This document shows positions 29,495 to 39,100 of a stretch of DNA of 49,612 nucleotides, one piece after another. Source of the DNA: Planctomycetaceae bacterium (GTDB taxonomy: Bacteria; Planctomycetota; Planctomycetia; Pirellulales; Thermoguttaceae); assembly GCA_031268995.1 (NCBI GenBank), contig JAIRWK010000064.1, positions 1 to 49,612 of the forward strand, in the 5' to 3' direction. Each line of letters begins with the position of its first letter. The first letter of the stretch is position 1. The notes below the pieces were generated by a model that did not search any database, was not told the DNA's origin, and saw only the letters and a program-made list of their open reading frames with translations. A program made the position numbers and the translations under genes.

Positions 29495-30258
29495 ATAAAA
29501 CAATTACTGTATTTAGATTACCCTGTGATGCTGAAAAAAGGGCGGATGAAATTGTCGGGGCGTGTGCGGTCGCGATTGATGTTTTGCGATCTACGACGAC
29601 GTTGACGTATGCTTGCAAGGCTGGCGTGAGTAAGATTGTGCCGGTGTTGTGTGCGGAGGATGCGTTGAAGTTTAAGGCGGGCAGCGCGGAGGATATTATT
29701 CTTGGCGGAGAGCAAGGATGTAATCGTATTCCGCAATTCGATGTCGGTAATTCGCCTTCAGATATGATTCCCGAACTTGTCAAAAATAAAACATTGGTTT
29801 TCAAAAGCACAAACGGTACGCTTGCAATGTTCGCGGCGAAAAGGGCAAAAAAATTATTGCTTGGTTGTCTTGCGAATGTTGGTGCGTTGGCTCGGGAGTT
29901 GTTGCTTGAGGATCGTGTCGTGTTGATTTGTTCGGGTACGGAGGGGCAAGTTACGTCGGAGGATATTCTTTTGGCTGGAATGATTGTGTCAAAATTGAAA
30001 TCGGAAGATGAGCTGTTTATATTAGACGAAACAGCCGAATCGTGTTTGGACTTTTGGAATCAGGAATCGAAAGAGAGAGATTTGTACGAAAGTTTGTTAA
30101 GAAGCGGCGGCGCAAAAAATCTTCTACAACTCGGCTACGACAATGACATCGAATTCGCCGCAAGATGTAACACAACAGATGCCGTACCGCAAATAGAATT
30201 CGACAAAATTGATTACTCAATTCTCGGAGAATCTGTTGCCAATTACGACATACACTGA
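29491..30258 (+). CDS. comB: 2-phosphosulfolactate phosphatase (ComB family)
   Basis: AVAIDVLRSTTT and DVGNSP motifs. ~255 aa. ATGA overlap with the upstream gene. Confidence 0.75.
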   Translation: MNKTITVFRLPCDAEKRADEIVGACAVAIDVLRSTTTLTYACKAGVSKIVPVLCAEDALKFKAGSAEDIILGGEQGCNRIPQFDVGNSPSDMIPELVKNKTLVFKSTNGTLAMFAAKRAKKLLLGCLANVGALARELLLEDRVVLICSGTEGQVTSEDILLAGMIVSKLKSEDELFILDETAESCLDFWNQESKERDLYESLLRSGGAKNLLQLGYDNDIEFAARCNTTDAVPQIEFDKIDYSILGESVANYDIH

Positions 30259-30285
30259 ATGCTTAGACATCGCCTGAAATAAAAT

Positions 30286-30388
30286 TATACCGTAGCCGGT
30301 AAGGCGATAGGCTTCGTCCTTGAGTAACCGCTTCACGTTGTTGCGCTACCGTAATCAGCTTCGTGAATTTTAAAACAGCTTGAGTATA
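30286..30388 (-). mobile_element. family-A element, full copy
   Basis: tataccgtagccggtaaggcgataggcttcgtccttgagtaaccgcttcacgttgttgcgc...cagcttgagtata. Confidence 0.9.
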
Positions 30389-30389
30389 T

Positions 30390-30443
30390 ATCCTGCTATC
30401 CTGTCAAAAAAATAAAAACTGAATTTCATAGTGCTACGGTATA
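30390..30443 (-). mobile_element. family-C element, truncated copy
   Basis: atcctgctatcctgtcaaaaaaataaaaactgaatttcatagtgctacggtata. Confidence 0.7.
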
Positions 30444-30473
30444 AAAAATTACAAAAAAATCGTCGAGTTGAAA

Positions 30474-31310
30474 ATGAGTAAATACCGTGTTGGTGTTTGT
30501 GTGAATTTGTTGTGTTGGGTGAGATTTGGGTTGTTTTTTGTGGCGATAAATTTTGGGTTGGCGGTGCAATCTGAATTTTTGTTACAAAAAATTGCCTTTT
30601 CTGCTGAAGGCACAGCGGGCAAAGAAAGGCAAGCGGTTCGTGTTCTCAAGTTGGACAACAAGGCGATTACGGATACTGAGCTTGGTGAGATTGTTTCTAA
30701 CAATCCTGAGTTAGTTGAGTTGACGCTTGGCGGTACGAAGGTTACAGATGTGGGGCTTGAGCATCTTGTGCGTTTGAAAAAGTTGCGTACGGTGAGGTTG
30801 AGCAAGACGGCGATTACTGATGTTGCCGGCGAAAAGTTGGCTAAGATTCCAACGCTTCAAAATATTGATGTCTCGCAAACGAATTTTGGTGATGTTGGTT
30901 TGGGAGCGTTGAGGTCTTTGGCAAAACTCAAAAGTTTGAATTTTTATTTGACCAATATTAGCGATACCGGCGCGGCGAAAATTAAGGATTTTAGCTCCGC
31001 AAAAACAATAACGCGGCTCAATGTTGATTTGTGTAAAATTAGCGATGCGGGGGTGCGAAATTTTTTGGTGCTTGAAAATCTTGAGTGGATACATCTTGGC
31101 GGCACGGCGGTTACGGATGTGGTTTTGGATGATGTGGTGAAGTTTAAAAAATTGAAGGAAGTAATAGTAACAAAAACCTCTGTTACCAAATCCGCCGCAG
31201 ACAAGTTGCGTAAAAATATGCCGGATTGCAAAGTACAAGATAACTTCAGCAACAACATCACCGACGAACAAATAAAACAAGCAAAAGAATTACGCCAAAA
31301 GAAAAAATAA
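30474..31310 (+). CDS. leucine-rich repeat protein with signal/TM anchor
   Basis: Repeated ~24-aa LRR units ending in TD(V/A)GL / SDTGA (LTLGGTKVTDVGLEHLVRLKKLRTVRLSKTAITD...). ATG at 30474. Confidence 0.75.
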   Translation: MSKYRVGVCVNLLCWVRFGLFFVAINFGLAVQSEFLLQKIAFSAEGTAGKERQAVRVLKLDNKAITDTELGEIVSNNPELVELTLGGTKVTDVGLEHLVRLKKLRTVRLSKTAITDVAGEKLAKIPTLQNIDVSQTNFGDVGLGALRSLAKLKSLNFYLTNISDTGAAKIKDFSSAKTITRLNVDLCKISDAGVRNFLVLENLEWIHLGGTAVTDVVLDDVVKFKKLKEVIVTKTSVTKSAADKLRKNMPDCKVQDNFSNNITDEQIKQAKELRQKKK

Positions 31311-31349
31311 CCGGTAAGGCATTGTCCCTCATATCCTTTTTACCCCTTA

Positions 31350-31463
31350 TATACTCATCGCACTATGAAATTCAGTTTTTATTTTTTTGGCAGGATTTTA
31401 TTATATCCTGACGATCCTGTTATCCTGTCTTAAAAAAATTAATTTCATAGTAGCTACGGTATA
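31350..31463 (+). mobile_element. family-C ~115-125-bp palindromic element
   Basis: tatactcatcgcactatgaaattcagttttt...caggat...atcctg...aaaaaattaatttcatagtagctacggtata. The termini resemble the family-A TIR. Confidence 0.75.
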
Positions 31464-31487
31464 AAAACATCGCCCAATTTCAAATTG

Positions 31488-31590
31488 TATACCGCAGCCG
31501 GTAAGGCAATAGGCTTCGCCCATGAACAACCGCTTCACGTTGTTACGCTTGCGTGTCCAGCTTCGGGAATTTTAAAACAGCTTCAGTATA
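31488..31590 (-). mobile_element. family-A element, full copy, abutting the dinG-fragment ATG
   Basis: tataccgcagccggtaaggcaataggcttcgcccatgaacaaccgcttcacg...cagcttcagtata|atg. Confidence 0.9.
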
Positions 31591-32289
31591 ATGTCTGATT
31601 CGTTTACATTTTTTAAGACGCAAATAGGGATGTCTGTAATTGACACGTTGCAGCTTGGGAGTCCGTTTAATTATTTTGAGCAAGTTACGCTTGTGATTGT
31701 GCGTGATGCGCCGTTACCTGATTCGCGTGAGGATATTTTGCGTTCTTATTATGTTGCGGCGATTCGGAAATATCTTGCGGAGACGGGCGGCGGTGCGTTT
31801 GTGCTTTTTACTTCGTATAGTTTGCTCAAACGCACGGCATCTGATTTGACATCGTGGCTTGTTGAACGTGAAATGCCGATATTGGTTCAAGGCGATGGTG
31901 TTCCGCGAAACGAAATGATTCGCCAATTCAAAAATTCAAACCGTGCTGTTTTATTTGGAACGGATAGTTTTTGGCAAGGTGTGGATGTACCTGGTGATTC
32001 GCTCAGAAATGTAATCATTACGAGGCTTCCTTTTCTAGTGCCAAATCAACCTGTTGTTGAAGCTAAAATTGAATCTATAAAAAATCGGGGCGGCAATCCC
32101 TTCAACGAATACCAATTGCCAACCGCAATCCTAAAATTTAAACAAGGCTTTGGCAGATTAGTTAGGACAAAATCGGATCGCGGACTGGTAGTTGTACTTG
32201 ACCCTAGAATACATGCAAAATCTTACGGCAAAAATTTCATAAAAGCCCTGCCGCAATGCAAAACCAGATTCGATCAAACAACAGACTAA
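31591..32289 (+). pseudogene. dinG: DinG/Rad3-family helicase, C-terminal (helicase_C_2) fragment only
   Basis: LGSPFNYFEQV...VLFTSYSLL...VLFGTDSFWQGVDVPGDSLRNVIITRLPF...KQGFGRLVRTKSDRGLVVVLDPRI covers only motor domain 2. The frame opens at 31576 inside a family-A repeat, and the ATG abuts the repeat end. Confidence 0.6.
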
Positions 32290-32324
32290 ACACACACTAG
32301 TAACCACAAAAGGGGAGTTTTTAG

Positions 32325-32680
32325 AACCACAGAGGACACAGAGATCACAGAGGGGGATTTAAAAGAGAGGAAGGATTTTTAAATGATGGGTGATATCTTG
32401 TAACCGTTCACAGAACAGATTTTTAAACGCGAAACACACGAAAGATCACGAAAGTTTGCGAAAAATAGTTTCGTGTTCTTTCGCGGAAATTTCGTGTATT
32501 TCGCGTTAAAAAACAATTTCTATACCGTAGCCGGTATAAATCTAATTCACACCGCCATAATTTCTCAACTCTCTACAAAAAAATTCTCTCTGTGTCCTCT
32601 GTGGTTTTAAAAAATTCCCCCTTTCGCGTAACATTCGCGTCTTTCGCGTTAAAAATCTCCCCCTGCGTTCTCTGTGGTTA
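32325..32680. repeat. family-G/F composite repeat block
   Basis: aaccacagaggacacagagatcacagag at the left. ctctgtgtcctctgtggtt and ctgcgttctctgtggtta at the right. An internal palindrome of cgcgaaa/cacgaaa words is centred near 32465. An embedded family-A terminus tataccgtagccggtata lies at 32521-32538. Confidence 0.65.
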
Positions 32681-32918
32681 AAAAAATATCTGAATTATCT
32701 TGAAAAAATTATCCAAAAAATTGTAGGAATTAAGCGAAACGTACCGATTATGAGGGATGACAGTTGGGTTGCGTAACAAGCTGAAATGTGTCCCAATATA
32801 ATTACTGATACGTTGCCAAAATTATACCGTAGTTGGTATGGGCGAAACCTGCTGTCTGCAATGGCTAATGGTATTTTGGTTTGTTGTATTTTACAATTTT
32901 GACAAGAAAGGGTTTTCC

Positions 32919-33104
32919 ATGAAAGTGAACACAAGATTCCGACAAAATGCAAATGTTGATCTCGCAAAAAACCGGTCAACAAAAAAGTCTATTTTGAAAA
33001 AAATCATTCAAAAATTGACATCAAAAAAATTGCGGCAAATACTAGGAACCGTTGCAATTACATCCTTGATTCTTGTTAAAATGGGGGGGGGGGGGGGGGC
33101 GTAG
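32919..33104 (+). CDS. detached signal-peptide segment of the downstream autotransporter (out of frame at the poly-G)
   Basis: MKVNTRFRQNANVDLAKNRSTKKSILKKIIQKLTSKKLRQILGTVAITSLILVKMGGGGGA*: a basic n-region plus hydrophobic h-region, ending inside or just after the G tract. Confidence 0.6.
   Translation: MKVNTRFRQNANVDLAKNRSTKKSILKKIIQKLTSKKLRQILGTVAITSLILVKMGGGGGA
33083..33099 (+). repeat. poly(G)17 homopolymer tract
   Basis: Counted directly: 33083-33090 (8 G) plus 33091-33099 (9 G). Confidence 0.95.
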
Positions 33105-33193
33105 GGAATAATGGCACGCTCTACGCCGATGGTAATGATATTACTCTGTCCGAAATTACTGATACCTTTGACGTACCCCAAGAAGGTCCTGCT

Positions 33194-36100
33194 GTGGGTG
33201 TGTTCATTGATTCTAACAATACTAAATATTATCTCAGTGGTGATACGTATGGTGATGATAGTGGTACAGACTATGCTTCCAGCAATATTGGGTTAAGTAG
33301 CGGCGGTATTACTCTTACTTCTGCTGAAAAAGCGCAGCTTGGTGCGATTTTCTCGAATGACAAAAGTTTGAACTTCGACTTTGGTACAAGCTCCATTTCT
33401 GTTATAAATTCATCTGAAACTGGGGCATTGACGGCGGGATTTGGTTATGTAAATACTGATGCTTTTGGCGGTACTCTTAACGCAACCGGCGCAAGTGGTG
33501 AAGAGACTCCTGAGTATTCCGTTACGGCTTCTGGCGGTTCTGCGTTTGGTTTTGTGTTTGCCAAAGGGACTAGCGTTCTAAGCAGCGGTGTTGCGAATTT
33601 ATCAAATGCAACAATTGATCTTGTCGGAAGTGGAGCAACGATTACTGTTTCAAATTCAGGTGACGACAGCAATTCGTTTGGTTTTGTTGCCGGTGATTTG
33701 AAAAAATCGACAATAAAACTTGGTGAGATTACGTCCCAAATTACCGGTACTGGCGGCGATGAAACGAGTTTGATTCATGGATTTATTGCGGGTGATGTTA
33801 GCAAAAATAGTAAGATTGCACTTTTAGATGTTACCGCTAAAACAACCTGTCAAGCCACAAGTGGTAATGTTTTGGCGGTTGAGTTAAAAGAAATTAGAGG
33901 TTGTGTTGAAACAGGGAATATTGTTGCAATTGCCAACTCTGGTGATGCAACAGGATTTTCCGCATTGGCAATTTTAGGAAAAGTAAAATTGGGGGACATT
34001 AATGTAACTACAACAACAAGTGGTTCGGCACAAGGTGTTGTTATTGGTCGTCATGCCGAATTTGACGTGCCAGAATCTCCATCAGCTAATTCCGCAAAAA
34101 TTTCAGGTCATATCAATGTTGGTGATATTGTAATAAATTCTGTCGGCAACGGAACGGGATTTTTTATTCGCCACGATATTACTAATGCGAGTCAGTGGAA
34201 GAACAATCTGCCGTTGCCGATTGTTCTCTCTGGTAAAGTCGAACTCGGTAAAATTAACATAAAGTCACAAAATCATGCAATTGGTTTCCTCATAAGTAAT
34301 GGTAATTATGCCTCATCAATTAATGCACCTGAAATCACTGGTACTGGTACTGCTACTGCTAATGTTACGTTTGGGGACGACATTGCAGTAGTAAGTACCG
34401 GTACTGGAACCGGAGTGGCGATAGGAATTTCTCTCGGAGATTTTACCGGTGACCCAAAGGCGGATCTTGCCTCTGCCCGAAGTGGTAGTATTGTTTTAAA
34501 AGGCGATATTACGGCTACATCCGCGAACGATTACGCACTTGGTATTCACGCCGGACAATTGGAAAGTCTTGAAGTCAATACGAATATTTCAGCGGAAACA
34601 AGTAAAAATAATGTCAATTATTATGCTTACGGCATTTACACTCGCGGATACACAGAAGGTGCTAGTAATTCTGATGTGACTAAAGATAAAAATAGCGTAA
34701 TCAGTATCACAGGCGGTTCAATTTTTGCAACAGCAACCAGCGCAGCAACCGCCGCCAGTATCATAATGGATTCGACATGTGACGATGTTGTCAATATCGA
34801 TGCCGGAACAACAAGTACAGCGTGGACCAATAATGACGGTACAAATGATCGAGCGTTTACGTTGATCGGCGTGGAAACATTGAATGTCAAGCGAGATACC
34901 CAATTGGTAGCCGGTAGTAAACGCGGAACCGCGACCGTTGCCGACAAAGTTGCGACTACGAATGTTGATGAAGATAAAACGCTTTCAGTTTACGACACAT
35001 TCTTCAACGGCGGCTCACAGAAAAAGATAGGCAAAGGAACTATCTCTATCATAAGAGACGATAGTAGTACTGGTACAGGAACTTTATCGAAACTCGAAAT
35101 CGCCGGAGGAATTTTTGAGTTAATAGGAAGTACAAAAAATGCCAAAACTACGCTTCTCTTTGCTGAGGATAGTTCAAATGCCCAAGACATTATCAAAATT
35201 GGTGGAGGCGCAACATTGAAAATTTCAGGTGAGAATGTTGCTTTAATCAATGTAGCACAGGTAGCTGCATACTTAGATTTTACGAACGAACAAGCCATTT
35301 ATGAGACAAATCCACATCTTAACATGACGGTTGACGGCGGAACAGTTGAAGTGATCGGTGCAGAAAGTTTATATGCAGCCGGTCTCAATGTTTTCATCGG
35401 TAACAGCGGCGCAATAATTAGTGTTACAAATAAAGAGGAGGAGTCCTCAAGAGTTGTTGTTAGCGATATTGCGGCAACTACAAGTGCAACCACTCCTAAT
35501 TTGACGAAAACTGGTAACGGAAAACTGGAAATTCTGTACGGTTTTGATCTCGAAAAAGGAACAATTAATGTCAACGGAGGAACTTTCGAATTTAATAACA
35601 GCAGTGTTAATACTACACCCTTCACAACTTCTGCTAAAGTCAAAAGTATTGTTGTTGACGGAGAAGATGCTGTTCTTGATCTTAAAGCATACTCTTATGT
35701 TACAGTTCATGAAACCAATGAAGCCGCTTTGACAATTAAAGACGGGGGTACGGCAAAAGTCGATGTTTTATCAAGACTTGTTAATAGCACGTGGGATACC
35801 ACAGCAAGTCCCGTATTTAATGTTGCAATTAACGGTGGAACTCTTGAAGTTTACGATGGATCAAAATTGGCTTCAGAGACGAATTTTACTGAAGACCAAG
35901 TTGCCACTCTATTGAACCCGCATTTAGCTGGTGTTACAACAACCGTAACAAATACGGCAACAATCAATGTCGGTGAAGGTATTACTTTCGATCCAGGTGT
36001 TGTGAAAACCAAAACAAACGACAGCACAGCCAGTATAACAAAAATCGGAGACGGAACACTTCGTATTCTATACGATTTTGATTTCGCAGATGGAACAATT

Positions 36101-39100
36101 AATGTCAACGGAGGAACTTTCGAATTTAATAACAACGGAGTTAAAGCTAACCCCGCAACTTCTGCTAAAGTTAAAAGTATCGTTGTTGATGGAGAAAATA
36201 CTGTTCTTGATCTTAAAGCATACTCTTATGTTACAGTTTATGAAACCAGTGAAGCCGCTTTGACAATTAAAAATAATGGTACGGCAAAAGTCGATGTTTT
36301 ATCAAGACTTGTTAATAGCACGTGGGATACCACAGCAAGTCCCGTATTTAATGTTGCAATTAACGGTGGAACTCTTGAAGTTTACAACGGAGAATCTTCG
36401 GATGATACCAATATATTGAACCCGCATTTAGCTGGTGTTACAACAACCGTAACAGATACGGCAACAATCAATGTCGGTGAAGGTATTACTTTCGATCCAG
36501 GTGTTGTGAAAACCGAAGCAAACAACAGTACAGCCAGTATAACAAAAATCGGAGAAGGAACACTTCGTATTCAATACGGTTTTGATCTTGGCGGCGGCAA
36601 TATTGATGTTAAGAATGGAACATTGGCAATCAATCCCGATACAAAAGATCATCCTCTGACAGTTAATGCCAATGTTAAACTGAACGCTAACAATTTAATT
36701 ATCGGCGAAGCCGACGACAATAAGGCGCAATCAATTACCATCGGAAGTATCTGCGGAAGTTCCGAAAGTACAACAATTATTAACGCTGGTGATTCATTGA
36801 TCATCACAAAAGGCAGTACTTACGGCGGAAAAATAACCGGCGGCGGTAATTTAACCGTAGCCAGCGAAACATTGACGTTAAGCAATAAAGATAACAATTA
36901 TTCCGGCACAACAACACTCAACGAAAACGTTAATTTGATAATTTCAAACGGCGGTACTTACAGCGGAAAAATAACCGGTGCCGGTGATTTAACCGTAACC
37001 AGCGGAACATTGACGTTAAGCAGTACAACTAACGATTACTCCGGTACAACAACACTCGGCGGCGAGTTGTCCGTAACCATAGACAGTGCCTTGAGCGCGA
37101 ATAGTAATTACGTTGTCGGAAATAATGGTAAATTGTCAATCAATGATTCCGCACAAACAATCAAGACTCTTAACGGCACAGACGGCGAAGTTAATCTGGG
37201 AACAACCGGTAATTTGACAATTTCAAACGGCGGAAAATTCGACGGAGAATTAACCGGTGGCGGCACTTTAACCATATCAGGCGAAGAATTGACCTTGACC
37301 GGAAGTTATTCCAAAACAGCTAAATTCGCCGTCAATACCGGAACTCTTTTACTTGATCATTCAACATCTGAAGAATCTAAAAATATTACGTTTAGTAATT
37401 CATTGACCGGAAGCGGAACACTTGCAGTTAAGTTGAATGCTTTAACCGATACGTTTACTTTAGGAACAGATACCATAGATACCGGTTTTAGCGGAACCAT
37501 TGAAATGAAAAATGGAATTTTTGCAACAAGCAATTTCACACAATTGACAAACGTAGGACTCAAATTAAACAGCGATTCAAGCACTACAATTGACGAGAAT
37601 CTATCCATTTCAAAATTAACCCTCAACGGCGGACAAATCAATTTTGTCGCGGCTCCCGTAACTCCAACCGCGAAATTAACCGTTACCGATCTTGTGATTG
37701 GTAACGACGGCGGAATTATAGGTGTTGATCAAACATTAGACATTGTTACGACGAATACACCACCGTCAACACAAAATATTTTCGATTATTGGAATGATGA
37801 CGCTAATTACCAACAACAACTTATTGCTGTTGAAGGTACCATCACCAGAGACGGAATCATCACACCTGATTCGGTCGCCAGCATCGAACAATCACGAAAT
37901 CTTGTCAACGGCGGTGTCGCAAAATTTAATTACAATGTCAGTGTCGATAGCGATAGCTCTTCCGCCCAAAAAGGAATCTATCTCGGTTACGGTTTGGTTG
38001 AAATAGAGAGTCCAGCGGATAAGACCGTTACACTAGATACGACAAACGCAACCAATCCGAAATTGACCGCGAAATTAACCGGAAACGGCGGTTTCAAATT
38101 CATCGGAACCGGCAGCACGTCGCAAGTTGAAATCGGTAACAGTGACAGCAATTATTCCGGTAACACTGAAATTGATAATCTGAAAATAAAAATGCTTGAC
38201 GATAAAGCATTCGGAACAGTCGCCAATTTATCACTCACAAATAACGCCGAACTTGATATGAATTCCAAGACCGCAAGCGTTGCACAACTTAACGGAGATA
38301 ATGATACAAAAATTAATGTCGGTGATTTAACCGTTACAAACGGCGGCAATTTTGCCGGACAATTAACCGGCATCGACAGTAATTTAACCATAACTGGCGG
38401 AACATTGGCATTAAGCAATAATGCTAACGATTATTCCGGTACAACAACACTCAACGGCGGTAATTTGTCCGCAACCGTAACCAATGCCTTGAGCGCGAAT
38501 AGTGATTACGTTGTCAATGGTGGTAAATTGTCAATCAATAATTTCGCACAAACAATCAAGACTCTTAACGGCACAGGCGGCGAAGTTAATCTTGGAACTG
38601 GTAGTTTGACAATTTCAAACGGCGGAGCCTTCAGCGGAAAATTTGCCGGTAGCGGTAATTTAACCGTAGATGCCGGAACATTGAACTTGACCCAAAACTA
38701 TTTCGCAACCGGCGGCGTTACCATAAACTCCAATGGAACACTTTTGCTCAATCCATCAACCGGAAATGGTACGTTTAATAATTTATTGACCGGAAGCGGA
38801 AAACTTGCGGTTGGTTTGAGTGATACCGACAAGACATTCACTTTAGGAGCAGGTGCCGGAACTGGTTTTACCGGAACTCTTGAGATGAACAAAGGAATTT
38901 TTGCAACAAGCGGTTTCTCACAATTGATAAACGTAACCCTCAAATTAAATGATAATTCACGAATCAAAATCGACAGCAATCTGTCCGTTGCAAATTTAAC
39001 CCTCAACGGCGGACAAATCGAATTTGCCGCCAATCCATTAACTCCAACCACAAAATTAACGGTTGCGAATTTGAATATTGCAAACGGCGGAAAAATAAAG

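Noticed and set aside
32838-32918. Earlier ATG (32838) as the start of the autotransporter signal-peptide ORF
   Set aside because: The first 27 codons are read from a family-A terminal fragment (tataccgtagttggtatgggcg) and encode an implausible Cys/Trp/Phe-rich leader. ATG 32919 gives a conventional basic n-region.
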